Part shown: one piece after another, positions 33,599 to 44,860 of the stretch | Layout of the letters: every line of letters starts with the position of its first letter | How positions within the stretch are numbered: position 1 is the stretch's first letter | Assembly: GCA_041671325.1 (NCBI GenBank) | Contig: JBAZBR010000003.1 | Span: forward strand, 132,506 to 196,505 | DNA length: 64,000 bases | Direction of reading: 5' to 3' | Origin: Patescibacteria group bacterium | GTDB taxonomy: Bacteria; Patescibacteriota; Patescibacteriia; PEXW01 | The notes under the pieces: model-generated | What the model was told of the DNA's origin: nothing | The model's input: only the letters and a program-made list of their open reading frames with translations | The model's database searches: none | Program-made: the position numbers and the translations under genes

Positions 33599-36500
33599 AT
33601 GCCAAAAGCTAAAAGAAGAAAATCGAAGAATAAAATAACAAGGACTAAAAAGCTTTTTAATGTTTTTGAATTTTTTAAGCATAATTTAAAGCAATCAGCC
33701 GGCATGGCCGTGATTTTTTTGGTTTTTGGAGTTTGGATGCTTGTGCAGGCGCAAAATCCTGAAGCGCCAATCTACCAGGCCAAGCCAGCGACTTGCTCTG
33801 GTTGGCAGGCACCTGACCAAGCCAAGGCAATTAACCTGATGGCTTCGGCTGGCCGAGAGGATTTTTCTACGGAAAATTCAGCATATATTTCCAATGTAAA
33901 TTTTATTGCTAATCAGAATAATAACGATCTCAAAGTCAATTTAACTGATTCGCAAACCATACTCAGCTGTTCTGGCTTTACCTTGCCAGATAACTTGCCA
34001 AAAAATGGCCGTTTAGTTTCTAATAAATTGATAGTTTCTTTGGCTGCTAATGGCTTTACGGAAAGTGAAGATGTTTTAGTTTTACAATACAGCCTGGATG
34101 GTAAGACTTGGCAAAAAATTGATTCGTTTGCGATCACGGATTCCATCAGCAATGCCACGCATGGTGATTTTTGGCAGGTAGAAATTCCAAATTTTAGCCT
34201 CGACCAAGTTTCCAAGCTACAATTCCGGGCGGATTTCCAAACCTTGCCTTCCGACGAAGTTTCCACGGTCTTGTTTGACGGCGTGAATTTGGAATTGGTC
34301 GTGGATAAGCCGTTATCTGGTAAACCTGCTGATTTATCAAAGGACATCATAAAAATAAACAAGACAACTTTTAATAAGTTTGAAGATCCAGTCATTACTT
34401 TAGAAACTGAAAAAAAATCTAGACTTGATTTTTTGGGCTTTGATGGCACCCAGCGAAAAATTGAAGAAGTGAGCATGATTGATCCAAGTGGCCAGGAAAT
34501 TATCCCAGATTTTGAAACTGACAAGATTGTGCAAGGTTCAAGCACGTATGACGCCTATAAAATAAAAACCCAGAACTATAAACGGCCGGGGAAATACCGA
34601 GTGGAATTTACCGTAATTCAGGATAATAACCAAGATGTAATAACCCGGGAGTTTTATTGGGGGGTTTTAGTAGTGAACTCGGATAAGTCTGTTTATCATC
34701 CGGGTGAAACCGCTTCTATCGGCATGGCGGTTTTGGATAGTTTCGGCAGTACGCTCTGTGATGCCAAGGTCGATTTAAGCGTTGCCGCGCCAAACGGTGA
34801 AGTCAAGACATTTTCAACCGACGATAATAGCGTAGAGAGGTCTGCAAAATGCGGAGCCCATACAGTCACCAATTTGCCGGATTACAGCGCCAAATATGAT
34901 ACTTCTGACGAAGGCGAATATACCCTAACCGTAACTTCAACAACAAAAGAAGGCGTGAATACCATTTCGGACAAGTTTTTCGTCAAACCGATTATTCCTT
35001 TTGACGTGATTCGCGATACGCCGACCCGAATTTATCCGGGCGCTGAATACGATACGAATTTAATTGTCACTCCCCAGCAAGATTATACCGGGACTTTTGA
35101 AGATTTTGTGCCGGATAATTTTAAAATCCTGACGGTCAGTAATTCTGGGAAAACCGAGATATTAAATAACGGTAAAATCAAAATTTTATGGAATGTCGAT
35201 TGGCAGGCGGGCAAGCAATATGTTTTAAGCTACCATTTTGATCCGCCAAAGATAAACCCGGCCATTTTTACGGTCGGGCAATTTAAAAGCGGATCCATTA
35301 ACCAGCAAGGTGAAGTTTTTGAAGAATATCGGCCCTGGCAGATTGCTTTTGACGCCACCTGTACTTCCAAAGCCACAGCTGCCTGGAACGTAGGTACGAC
35401 CTGGAATACCTGTGGGGCCAACGGGCCAGTGGCTGGTGATACCGTTATTTTAGCTTCAGGTTTTGTCGTATCCTGCCCAGCGACGATTACTTGTTCAGCC
35501 GCGACAATTACCGTGAACCAGCCATCCACGAGCAATGGTTTAATGCTGTCGGCCTCGACCAGCCGAGTGACCCTGACCGGCGCTTTGACTATTAATGGTT
35601 CGACTGGATCAAACAGCAAAAACGCTTCGATTGTGGTTGGTGCGGGTACGCTCGACGCGGCCAGTGTTTCCATGGTCACCACGGCTGGAACAAACCGGAA
35701 CGCGATATTAAGCGTCAGCACCGGGACCATTAACATTACTGGCAATATTTCTTTTTCTGGCGTTGCAGCGTTTAACAAATTGACTTTTTCCAGCACCGGT
35801 ACGCTCAACATTGGGGGGACAATTGGCACCGGCGGGACTTTAACGCCTAGCACTGGCACGGTGAATTTTAACGGCGGCGCGGCACAAACCCTGGAAAGCA
35901 CGTACACCTATAACAACGTTACCATTACCAATACTTCCGGCAATGTGGCCACCAACGGCACCACCACCATTAACGGCAATTTAACCATGACTTCCGGCTC
36001 GCTGACTGGTACTGACAATATTACCGTAATAAAGAATGTAGTTTGTGGCGTGACCTGCGGGACAATCAGCCGTACCGGCGGCACCTTTACCCAGCAAGTC
36101 GGCGCCGCGCAAAATTTTGGCACCAATGTGGCCGTGGCCACGGATTGGACTTTCAATGATTTGGTGTTTGACCAGGGCGCGGCCGGATCATTCACCATCA
36201 CCACGTCAGCTACCGGTACGGGCGCGAATATTGTCAACGGAAATTTAAGCACCACCCTAACAACGGGAACCACCTTAACAATAGACAACAATACTAATGA
36301 TCGGATTTTTGACGTGGCTGGCAATTTTACGGTTGGCGCGAATACGGTTTGGAGCTCTTCCAGTGGTACCGCTTTAACTTCTTTTACCATCGGCGGGAGT
36401 TTTGCCAATAATGGGACCTTTACCCACAATAGCGGCACCGTTACTTTTGATTCAGCTGGAACCGGCAATACCGTCAATACCGCAACTTTTTATAATATTA

Positions 36501-39500
36501 TTTTTTATGGCGCTGGCGCTTGGTCCCCGGCGACTGGTTCGACCGTAACTATCGACAACATCATGTATATGTCCAACGGCACCCTAAACAATGATGCCGG
36601 AACAGGGAATATCATAGTCAAAGAGCGAGTGGCATGTATAATCTCTTGCGGAACAATCAATTTAACTTCGAGTTCATCGACTTTTACCCAATCAGTTGCT
36701 TCAAGCGTGAGTTTTGGCACTAACCTGGCAAGTGCCATCAATTGGACTTTTTATAATCTGACCTTTGACAATTCTACGGCCTCTTCTTATACCATAACTA
36801 CATACCCTACGGGCACTGGCCAAATAATCGTGGGCGGCTTGCTGAGTTTGACTACTACGGGTGGCGGAGCATTGATAGTGGATAATTCAACCAATGACAG
36901 GATTTTTGATTTAAATGGCGGGCTGACAATCAGTGCCAGTACCACCTTTCAAGCTTCGGATTTGGATAATTTTACCATTGCGGGCAACCTGGCTAATAGC
37001 GGGACTTTTACGGCTGGTTCTTCAGGCACAGTGACTATAGACGGTACGGGCAATACTTTTACTGGCACCTGGACCGGTGGTTCAGCTTTTTATAATTTGA
37101 AATTCAGCAATGCCAGCGGAGCTTGGTCACCTGGAGTGGCGTTGACCGTGGGCGGTGGGCTGACAATTTCTTCTGGTACTTTAACCATGGCTGCGGTGGC
37201 TTTTACCATAACTGGCGCTACTTCAGTCACGGGCACTATAACCATATCCTCGGCCACTGGCACCAAAACTTTTACGGGTAACATTACGATAAACAATGGC
37301 GGTACTTGGAACAATACTTCAGCAAATGTCGCCTTGAGTTTGGCTGGCAGTTTGCAGAATGACGGGGCTTTTAACGCTGGCACGGGTGTTTACACTTTTA
37401 CTGGCGCCGCGCAAACTTTTAGCGGTGCAAATGCCATAACCATACCCAGTCTGACGGTTTCCGGCACATACACCAATAACGGCACTTTGACCGTAACCAC
37501 GGCTTTAGCTGGGGCTGGCACCTTGACCCAAGGCGCTACTGGCTGGCTGGATGTGGATGTGGCAAATGCCAGTTTTACTTTAAGCAACTATGTTTTTTCT
37601 ACCACCGGCAATACGGTAGATTATGGCTATGCCGACGTGCAAACCATACAGGTCACTACTTATTCCAATTTAAGCTTGTCCGGCAGCGGCGTTAAGACTT
37701 TTACTAATGTATCTGTCTATAATGGCAATTTGACCTTGAGCGGCACGGCTTCGGCCACCATGGGTGGATCAACGGCCTGGACTATTGGCGGCAATATTAC
37801 GGTCAATACTGGTGCGGCGCTGACCCAAAACAATGCGGCCAATTTGACGATTAATGGCGGCAGTTTAACAGCTAACAGCACGGGTACTTTTAGTACGAAT
37901 GAGTTTTGTCTAAACTGCGCCATGATCATTGGGGCGACTGGCAGTATCACTGGAGACGGCGCTATTACCCTTAATGCTTTGGCGACGTTAGGCACAGGTA
38001 CAACAACTATTAATGCTACTAATCTGACGGTTAGGGGCAATGTTACGGTGGGTACTGGCACAACTTTGACGATTGGCGTGTCTTTAAGCCTGGTGGGAAA
38101 TTTAGTTAATACCACAACCGGCATAATAAATTATTCCGGGTTACCCACCCTGACCATGTCCACTGGTACATTAGGCGGGGGTGCCGGTACCATCACTCTT
38201 TATAATCTGACTAAAACCGGCGCCGGCATTCTGAACCTTGCTTCGGCAGTAACTTGCGATAATGATGTCGCAGTTGATGCTGGTACTTTATCCGGCTCGG
38301 TTGATTTGACCGTCACTGGCGGAGATTTGGCTGGCGATGGCATCGTGACCATGACTGGCGGCACTGTCACCATAGTTAACGACGGCACTATCGGGACAAA
38401 TACTGCCGTTGATAAAGACTGGACGTTTTATAATCTTTTTTTGGATATCAGCGGCACTTGCACATTGAAAACCACCGAAAGCAACGCTGGGACTGGAGAC
38501 ATTACGGTCACTTCCGCCCTGACCATAGATTCTTGTTCTGGAGGCGAAGGCACTAATTACCATAGATTTTCTCCCAATACCCGCACCTGGATTTTTTCCG
38601 GTACGGGCACTCCTTTACCCGCCTCGTCAATATCCACAACTGGCTATGGCACGTCCATTGTCAGGTTTACCGGCACTAGTTCGGCCGTGACTGTCGGCGC
38701 TAACAGGTTTTATACTTTGGAATTACAGCCGACTTCGTCAAATAGCTACATATTAAGCAATGGAGTTAATTATTATATTTATGGCAACTTGACTATTTCC
38801 AGTAATGCTAGCCTGACGGCCGGTACATCATCAGTTAATATGTATGGCGCAGGTACTACCCTGGATGGCGGCGGTGCCACGCTTTCCACCTTGAATATTG
38901 ATCCTGATTCACCAGACGGCACGGTCGCAATTGCAAATACGGACGTTACAGTCTCTAACACCCTTATCGTCTGGGATGCGGGCGACACATTATCGATTCC
39001 TTCTGGACGAACAGTGAGCGCTACCGGCGCGTTTGCAATTGTTGGCGCTGTCTCTGGCGCCGGCACCCTGCGCTTTACTAACACTTCAGCAGGTCCTGGC
39101 GCAACCGGTACAATCAGCACCATTGTCCGCTATGACGCCAGTGCCGGGAATATCGCTACGGGCACTTTTGACGCCCGGACCTATGGCGGGGATGTGGAAG
39201 TTTATTCGAATGTCGCGGATACGACCCGCTCCATTGCCATGGCTTCAAGTACGCAAACTATTACTGGCAATTTGAAAATTATCACTGGCGCTGCCCAAAA
39301 TTTAGTTCCCACCTTGGATGTTACTGCCAATCCGACCGTAAACATTACCGGCAATGTTTCCTTCACCAAAGGCGGCGCTGGTACGCCCGCAATTACCTCT
39401 GGCACTGGCGCTTGGACCGTAACCGGCAATGTGGATTTTACCGATGGGACTTATACGGCCACTTCGGGAAACACCTTGACCATGAATGGCACTTCAAATT

Positions 39501-42325
39501 CCATCAAAGGCGCCAGTCAAACTTTGTATAATTTTACGGTTGATCCTGCAAGCCCTGGCACGATCAGTCTTGCTACTTCAGATTTGGCCGTAAGTAATAC
39601 GCTTAATATCGCTTCCAGCGATGCCCTGACCCTGGATGCCAGCCGAACCCTGGCCCATACTGGCGCCACCTTGACTTTAACCGGGACAATCAACGGCCCT
39701 GGCCGCCTGACTTACCAATCCGCTTCGGCTTTTCCAACAGGCGGAACTTTAGCCAGCAGCTTAATCCTAAGGTTTAATGCCACGGCCAATGACCAGACTA
39801 TGAGCAACCGGACGGATTACGGCCTTATTGAAATTGATAATAGCGGCGTTACTGACGGTAGGACAGTAACCATGTCAGCTTCAACGCATACTTTATCCGG
39901 CGGCTTGACCGTGCTTTCTTCAGGGGGCGGCTCGGTTGCTTTAGTCGGTGCCACTAATGATCCCACGGTAAATGTTGGCGGTGATCTGACTTTTACTGCT
40001 GGCGGCGGCGTCAAAACCATTTCTACCGGTACGGGCAATTGGAAAGTCAGCGGCAGTGTGAATTTGACCAATGGGACTTTTACGGCCACGGCCAATAACA
40101 CTTTGGAAATGGATGGCGGATCTAAAACCATTACTTCCGCAGCCCAAGGACTCCAGAAATTCAAAGTTTCTGGCGGCAGCGTTGCCAGCGCCGATGCCAT
40201 GTTGGTCAACAAGACTTTTGATGTGACTGCTGGCGGCTTTACCCAGGCTGCAGAAGCTAACCTGACTGTTTATGGTAATTTTTCTTTGACTTTAGGCACC
40301 ACTTTTACCGCCGCAACAGGCGCGGGCAAATTAATTTTAGACGGCAATCCTTCGCCCAATACTTTCACTGACAGCACTTCGCCCCAGCAGGATATGGGCA
40401 ATGTGGAAATTGGCTTGTCGCCTGGCACCACGGATTTAGCTTCTGATTTGACGGCCAAAAGCGTAACTGTCAACGCGGGGGATGTTTTGAATACTAATGG
40501 TTATGATTTAAATATTGGTATTGGCGGGATTACCATCAAAGGCACTATGGACGTCAATGATGACGTGGAAACCGATGGCACGGTAATGGAAACTGATAAT
40601 ATTTTTGACCTGCAAGCCGGCGCAACTTTAGCTAATCCTGCTGGCACAAACGTCGGCTCCACTTTATCTTTTACCATGCCAGTAACTTTAGTAGATATCG
40701 CCAATAATTTGATAACCGCGGGTACAGGCAGTCTTTATGATTTATTAGTTAACGATGGTGGCGGGGCGCGTACTTTGACGGTTAATGTCCAGGACCCATT
40801 AGTGGTACTGAATAATGTTACGATTACCGGCGGAGTTTTGGATACCGTTGATACAGAGAATAACCAAATTAACGTCGGCGGTAATTGGACAAATAGCGAT
40901 TTATTTACTGCCCGTTCTGGCACCGTAGTTTTTGATGATACTAATGTTGACGCTCAAGACCAAACCATTAATCCAGGCGCGTCGTCTTTTTACAAAGTTA
41001 TTTTTGACGGTTCAGGCGGAGTCTGGTCGCCTTTGACTAATACCATGACAGTGACGAACGATTTAATCATGACTAATGGAACGTTCAATACAAGCAATGG
41101 CACGGCAAATGTCACCGTGAATGGTACGGTGCAGTGTGGCGCCACTTGCGGTACGATTACTATGAATACTGCGGGGACTAACACCTTCACCCAATCGGTT
41201 TCGGCTGACAAGAGTTTTGGCACTAATGTGGCAGTGGCCACCAATTGGACTTTTTACAACCTGACTTTTACGGGTACGTCAGGCGTACGGACTATTACAA
41301 CAAACAGCACGGGTACTGGCCAGATAATTGTTGCTAATGATTTGTCTCTGACCAATACTGGAACCTCCTTGGCCTTGGAAAACAATACCAATGACCGGAT
41401 TTTGGATGTGAATGGTTCGGTTTCTATTGGTGCTGGCACCACCCTTTCGGCTTCCAGTTCTGCATCATTCACCGTGGCAAAATCCTGGACAAACAGCGGT
41501 GCTTTAACTGCAAATGGCGGTACGGTTACTTTAGACTCAGCCAATGCGGCCACCATAATCGGTGATACAACCTTTAATAACTTATTAACTTCAGGTATTG
41601 GCGCAGCCAAGACCATCACTTTTACGGAAAATTCTACCCAGATAATTTCTGATACTTGGACAGTAACTGGCGCGGGCGGTCAAAAAGTCACTTTGGCGTC
41701 TTCAAACCCGGGTACCCAATGGATAGTAAACCCAACCGCGGCCGCGCTTAGTTATGTCCAAGTTTCTGATGCCCACAATGACGGAGCGGAAATCTGTGCA
41801 ACCTATTCCACGGCCACGGGCGACAACAACACTAATTTGCTTGTTTCAGCTGGCGCCTCTTGTGTTACCGACCCGACCTTGACTGTAACCTTAAGCGGAA
41901 ATAGCGCAGCCCTTGGTTTATTAGATACTGAACACGTGAACCAAGCCGGAATTTCCAGCGAAGTAACGACCAATGCGGTCGATGGCTATATTTCCACGGT
42001 GAAATATGACCACACCTTAACTTCGGGTACAGACACAATACCTGACACAATTGGCGGAAACATTCCCATTGGTTCGGCAGAATTTGGCGCATCTTCATCG
42101 CAAGCTGGAAATGCCATTGCCCAATGGAGCCCAGCAGCCTGTTCAACAACCACCAGCACGACCAATGCAACCGCGCTATCAACCAGTTTTCAAACATTCG
42201 CTTCAAATGCAGGTCCGGCAACTTCTGAATCCACAACCCTTTGCTTTGCGGCCAGTATTTCCGGCGTAACTCCAGCAGGTTCATATTCCAGCAGTATGAC
42301 CATAATAACCACCGGAAGATTTTGA
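33599..42325 (+). CDS. Giant cell-surface protein (2908 aa): N-terminal signal/anchor, then long Thr/Gly/Ser/Asn-rich beta-helix-like region with an internally repeated ~200-aa module
   Basis: N-terminal MPKAKRRKSKNK + TM segment AVIFLVFGVWMLV. Repeated module ...FGTN(V/L)A(V/S)A(T/I)(D/N)WTF(N/Y)(D/N)L(V/T)F...NDRI(F/L)D(V/L)(A/N)G... appears at least 3 times. Antisense ORFs inside are artefacts. Confidence 0.85.
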   Translation: MPKAKRRKSKNKITRTKKLFNVFEFFKHNLKQSAGMAVIFLVFGVWMLVQAQNPEAPIYQAKPATCSGWQAPDQAKAINLMASAGREDFSTENSAYISNVNFIANQNNNDLKVNLTDSQTILSCSGFTLPDNLPKNGRLVSNKLIVSLAANGFTESEDVLVLQYSLDGKTWQKIDSFAITDSISNATHGDFWQVEIPNFSLDQVSKLQFRADFQTLPSDEVSTVLFDGVNLELVVDKPLSGKPADLSKDIIKINKTTFNKFEDPVITLETEKKSRLDFLGFDGTQRKIEEVSMIDPSGQEIIPDFETDKIVQGSSTYDAYKIKTQNYKRPGKYRVEFTVIQDNNQDVITREFYWGVLVVNSDKSVYHPGETASIGMAVLDSFGSTLCDAKVDLSVAAPNGEVKTFSTDDNSVERSAKCGAHTVTNLPDYSAKYDTSDEGEYTLTVTSTTKEGVNTISDKFFVKPIIPFDVIRDTPTRIYPGAEYDTNLIVTPQQDYTGTFEDFVPDNFKILTVSNSGKTEILNNGKIKILWNVDWQAGKQYVLSYHFDPPKINPAIFTVGQFKSGSINQQGEVFEEYRPWQIAFDATCTSKATAAWNVGTTWNTCGANGPVAGDTVILASGFVVSCPATITCSAATITVNQPSTSNGLMLSASTSRVTLTGALTINGSTGSNSKNASIVVGAGTLDAASVSMVTTAGTNRNAILSVSTGTINITGNISFSGVAAFNKLTFSSTGTLNIGGTIGTGGTLTPSTGTVNFNGGAAQTLESTYTYNNVTITNTSGNVATNGTTTINGNLTMTSGSLTGTDNITVIKNVVCGVTCGTISRTGGTFTQQVGAAQNFGTNVAVATDWTFNDLVFDQGAAGSFTITTSATGTGANIVNGNLSTTLTTGTTLTIDNNTNDRIFDVAGNFTVGANTVWSSSSGTALTSFTIGGSFANNGTFTHNSGTVTFDSAGTGNTVNTATFYNIIFYGAGAWSPATGSTVTIDNIMYMSNGTLNNDAGTGNIIVKERVACIISCGTINLTSSSSTFTQSVASSVSFGTNLASAINWTFYNLTFDNSTASSYTITTYPTGTGQIIVGGLLSLTTTGGGALIVDNSTNDRIFDLNGGLTISASTTFQASDLDNFTIAGNLANSGTFTAGSSGTVTIDGTGNTFTGTWTGGSAFYNLKFSNASGAWSPGVALTVGGGLTISSGTLTMAAVAFTITGATSVTGTITISSATGTKTFTGNITINNGGTWNNTSANVALSLAGSLQNDGAFNAGTGVYTFTGAAQTFSGANAITIPSLTVSGTYTNNGTLTVTTALAGAGTLTQGATGWLDVDVANASFTLSNYVFSTTGNTVDYGYADVQTIQVTTYSNLSLSGSGVKTFTNVSVYNGNLTLSGTASATMGGSTAWTIGGNITVNTGAALTQNNAANLTINGGSLTANSTGTFSTNEFCLNCAMIIGATGSITGDGAITLNALATLGTGTTTINATNLTVRGNVTVGTGTTLTIGVSLSLVGNLVNTTTGIINYSGLPTLTMSTGTLGGGAGTITLYNLTKTGAGILNLASAVTCDNDVAVDAGTLSGSVDLTVTGGDLAGDGIVTMTGGTVTIVNDGTIGTNTAVDKDWTFYNLFLDISGTCTLKTTESNAGTGDITVTSALTIDSCSGGEGTNYHRFSPNTRTWIFSGTGTPLPASSISTTGYGTSIVRFTGTSSAVTVGANRFYTLELQPTSSNSYILSNGVNYYIYGNLTISSNASLTAGTSSVNMYGAGTTLDGGGATLSTLNIDPDSPDGTVAIANTDVTVSNTLIVWDAGDTLSIPSGRTVSATGAFAIVGAVSGAGTLRFTNTSAGPGATGTISTIVRYDASAGNIATGTFDARTYGGDVEVYSNVADTTRSIAMASSTQTITGNLKIITGAAQNLVPTLDVTANPTVNITGNVSFTKGGAGTPAITSGTGAWTVTGNVDFTDGTYTATSGNTLTMNGTSNSIKGASQTLYNFTVDPASPGTISLATSDLAVSNTLNIASSDALTLDASRTLAHTGATLTLTGTINGPGRLTYQSASAFPTGGTLASSLILRFNATANDQTMSNRTDYGLIEIDNSGVTDGRTVTMSASTHTLSGGLTVLSSGGGSVALVGATNDPTVNVGGDLTFTAGGGVKTISTGTGNWKVSGSVNLTNGTFTATANNTLEMDGGSKTITSAAQGLQKFKVSGGSVASADAMLVNKTFDVTAGGFTQAAEANLTVYGNFSLTLGTTFTAATGAGKLILDGNPSPNTFTDSTSPQQDMGNVEIGLSPGTTDLASDLTAKSVTVNAGDVLNTNGYDLNIGIGGITIKGTMDVNDDVETDGTVMETDNIFDLQAGATLANPAGTNVGSTLSFTMPVTLVDIANNLITAGTGSLYDLLVNDGGGARTLTVNVQDPLVVLNNVTITGGVLDTVDTENNQINVGGNWTNSDLFTARSGTVVFDDTNVDAQDQTINPGASSFYKVIFDGSGGVWSPLTNTMTVTNDLIMTNGTFNTSNGTANVTVNGTVQCGATCGTITMNTAGTNTFTQSVSADKSFGTNVAVATNWTFYNLTFTGTSGVRTITTNSTGTGQIIVANDLSLTNTGTSLALENNTNDRILDVNGSVSIGAGTTLSASSSASFTVAKSWTNSGALTANGGTVTLDSANAATIIGDTTFNNLLTSGIGAAKTITFTENSTQIISDTWTVTGAGGQKVTLASSNPGTQWIVNPTAAALSYVQVSDAHNDGAEICATYSTATGDNNTNLLVSAGASCVTDPTLTVTLSGNSAALGLLDTEHVNQAGISSEVTTNAVDGYISTVKYDHTLTSGTDTIPDTIGGNIPIGSAEFGASSSQAGNAIAQWSPAACSTTTSTTNATALSTSFQTFASNAGPATSESTTLCFAASISGVTPAGSYSSSMTIITTGRF

Positions 42326-42644
42326 TGTTAAAATTTTTATGGCAAAAAACCTTTTTTATCAATTGGAAGGAGAAGCGTATTTAAAACTTTTTAAAATTTT
42401 AATTCTTATAAGTTAAAATTCCTGTGACACTGGCGCTGGAACTTATAATGCGCCAACGCTTTCAACCGCGCCAAAGATTTTTACCTCGGCTTCAGACAAT
42501 TATGTCTGTACAAAACAAGATTGCCACGCTCACCCGCGATAGTGGGTTCGCTCGCAATGACCCTAAAATTGACGTGAGTTTAGGAATGTGCTATAATTAT
42601 CTTAGAAAATAAAAATAAATATTAACTTTTAACCCAAATTTCTT

Positions 42645-43733
42645 ATGAAACAAAGATTACTTTTATCAAAACCAAGCGTTATCTTGGCCATGCTTGCCAT
42701 GGTTTTTGCGTTTTCTATACCGGCTAAAACCACCAAAGCCGCGGCTTTGACTGGCCTAAAAGATACCGCCTCCAGGCTTGAGCAGGGCATACAGGGAACC
42801 CATTCATTCGCTTTTACGACTACTGATGAGCTTTCAGCCACAGAAACAATCAAGATTCTTTTCGATTCACCAGCGGATTCCTTTACCCTCGATGGGACGA
42901 TTGTCGCTACTGATTTTTCAGCCTTAACTGGTATTGCCGTGGTAGACAACATTGCCGCCTGTAGCGGTACAGCTTCAGAAGTCTACCCGACAGTAATTAC
43001 GGCCAATGATGACGAAAGCTACACTCTAACCGTCTGTACTGGTGATACGGTTGCTGGCGGGGCAATAGCCTTTACTATCGATAATAATGAAATAACCAAC
43101 CCTGCTGCAGCTGGAGTCTATGTGATTGATGTTTCAACTACGGCAACCACCCCGGATAGCGGCTCGCTGGCACTGGCGATTATCGCTGACGACACGGTCA
43201 GTGTAACCGCTACGGTTGATCCTTCAGTTACCTTTTCTATCTCTGATGTGGCAATTGGTTTTGGCGTACTAGACGCAACTAATGATTGCTGGGCTTTAGG
43301 CGTGCCGCCTGCTGCCTGCGATACAGTTTATCCTCCTACTGCGGCCCACACCTTTTCACTTGGCACCAACGCTACTGACGGTGTTGCCCTGACCTATTCT
43401 GGTGCGACGCTTACTAATCTTGCTGCTGATACTATTACCGTGGCGACTGTTGCTGGTGATACCTCGGATCCGGTTGGCACGCCAAACACTGAACAATTTG
43501 CCATTGGTTTTGATGATAACGCCGCGACCTATACTTTCGCTGATACCGCCGCTTACGACCAAAGTCTTGGAAATTATAAATTTGTCGCTGGTGCAACCAC
43601 TCCGATTCTCTCAATCGCTGGTCCAGTGGCGGCTACGAGCATAGATGCCCACTATTTGGCAAACATTTCGGCGGCCACCGAATCCGGCGCCTACTCAACG
43701 TCAATCACCTACATCGCTACCGGAACTTTTTAA
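42645..43733 (+). CDS. Secreted surface protein (362 aa). Its C-terminal ~100 aa resemble the giant protein's C-terminus, ending ...SGAYSTSITYIATGTF versus ...AGSYSSSMTIITTGRF
   Basis: Signal peptide MKQRLLLSKPSVILAMLAMVFAFSIPAKTTKAAA. Thr/Ala/Val-rich. The shared C-terminal motif is seen directly. Confidence 0.7.
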   Translation: MKQRLLLSKPSVILAMLAMVFAFSIPAKTTKAAALTGLKDTASRLEQGIQGTHSFAFTTTDELSATETIKILFDSPADSFTLDGTIVATDFSALTGIAVVDNIAACSGTASEVYPTVITANDDESYTLTVCTGDTVAGGAIAFTIDNNEITNPAAAGVYVIDVSTTATTPDSGSLALAIIADDTVSVTATVDPSVTFSISDVAIGFGVLDATNDCWALGVPPAACDTVYPPTAAHTFSLGTNATDGVALTYSGATLTNLAADTITVATVAGDTSDPVGTPNTEQFAIGFDDNAATYTFADTAAYDQSLGNYKFVAGATTPILSIAGPVAATSIDAHYLANISAATESGAYSTSITYIATGTF

Positions 43734-43806
43734 AGTTCCAGTCCTAAGACCCTAATTTTTAGACGGTAAAATAAAAGCAAGAATTTTAGGTTTAATTAAT
43801 AAACCC

Positions 43807-44847
43807 TTGAAATACATTTTCTCAACCAACACTAAAACGAAAATACTTAAATTTAGCTTGCTTGCCGCTTTAGTTTTCATGCTCTTTCCGTTTACTGGTA
43901 AGGCTTTAACAGTCAGTCCCCCACAGGTTGAAATGACTTTGGTGCCTGGGCAGAAGGCAGAGATGGTAATCAAGCTTTATAACGAGGAAGAGACTGACCT
44001 GACTCTTTATACCGATTCCGCGCTTTTTACTTCTAACAATGTTGATGGTTTACCGGTTTATGATTTTAATGCCAGTAAAGAAGATATTAGTACTTGGTTT
44101 GAAGTGGAAAAAGGCCCAATCACCCTAAAGTCAAAAGAAAGAAAATCAATTCCAGTCACCATTAATACCCCAACTAATGCCGGACCAGGCGGTCATTATG
44201 CGGTTTTAGCTTTTTCAAAAAATCCGCCGAAGAGTGATTCTGGCACTACTCAAATCAGCATTGCTTCTCAAATTGGGGTTTTAATCTTGGCACGGATCGA
44301 AGGAGAAATTCAAGAAGCCGGGCAAATTTCCAGTTTTATTTCAGACGCTAAGCAATATAGGTATTTACCTGTAAATTTCCGGACTATCTTCAATAATACT
44401 GGCAATGTCCACTTGCGGCCTACTGGTAAAATAATCATTAATAATACTTTTGGCAAGAAAACCGCAGAACTTAATTTTAATGAAGCCAATTCAGCTGTCC
44501 TGCCGGATTCTTCCCGGACTTATGATTCGGTTTGGCAAAAAGCCCAAAATGTTTCGGAAAACGGGAATATCTGGTCAAAATTCTGGCAAGCCTATAAAAA
44601 CGAGAAAAATAATTTTGGTCTTGGCAAATATACGGCTAATCTGCAGATCCAGGCTGGGACGAATAAGCCATTTACGACTGCAGCCAGCGCCACTTTTTGG
44701 GTCTTGCCATGGCACATGTTGTTGGTTTGGCTGATTGTCTTAGTGATTGTTGTCATTTTATTGATTGTCTTGATAAAACGCTATAACCGCTGGGTTATCC
44801 GCAAAGCCCAAGAGCGTGGCAAAAATCCCCCAGCAGATAAAAAGTAA
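43807..44847 (+). CDS. Cell-surface protein with signal peptide and C-terminal TM anchor + basic tail; tentatively DUF916/DUF3324-like (CscA-like of WxL loci)
   Basis: N-terminus LTVSPPQVEMTLVPGQKAEMVIKLYN..., middle GGHYAVLAF, C-terminal WVLPWHMLLVWLIVLVIVVILLIVLIKRYNRW. Family call from memory. Confidence 0.5.
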   Translation: MKYIFSTNTKTKILKFSLLAALVFMLFPFTGKALTVSPPQVEMTLVPGQKAEMVIKLYNEEETDLTLYTDSALFTSNNVDGLPVYDFNASKEDISTWFEVEKGPITLKSKERKSIPVTINTPTNAGPGGHYAVLAFSKNPPKSDSGTTQISIASQIGVLILARIEGEIQEAGQISSFISDAKQYRYLPVNFRTIFNNTGNVHLRPTGKIIINNTFGKKTAELNFNEANSAVLPDSSRTYDSVWQKAQNVSENGNIWSKFWQAYKNEKNNFGLGKYTANLQIQAGTNKPFTTAASATFWVLPWHMLLVWLIVLVIVVILLIVLIKRYNRWVIRKAQERGKNPPADKK

Positions 44848-44860
44848 ATTAATCGAATAG

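Noticed and set aside
33913-41619. Many minus-strand ORFs (60-225 aa) inside the giant surface-protein gene
   Set aside because: Antisense translations of the Thr/Gly/Ala-rich repeats give Val/Pro-rich pseudo-proteins. The + strand ORF is continuous for 8.7 kb.
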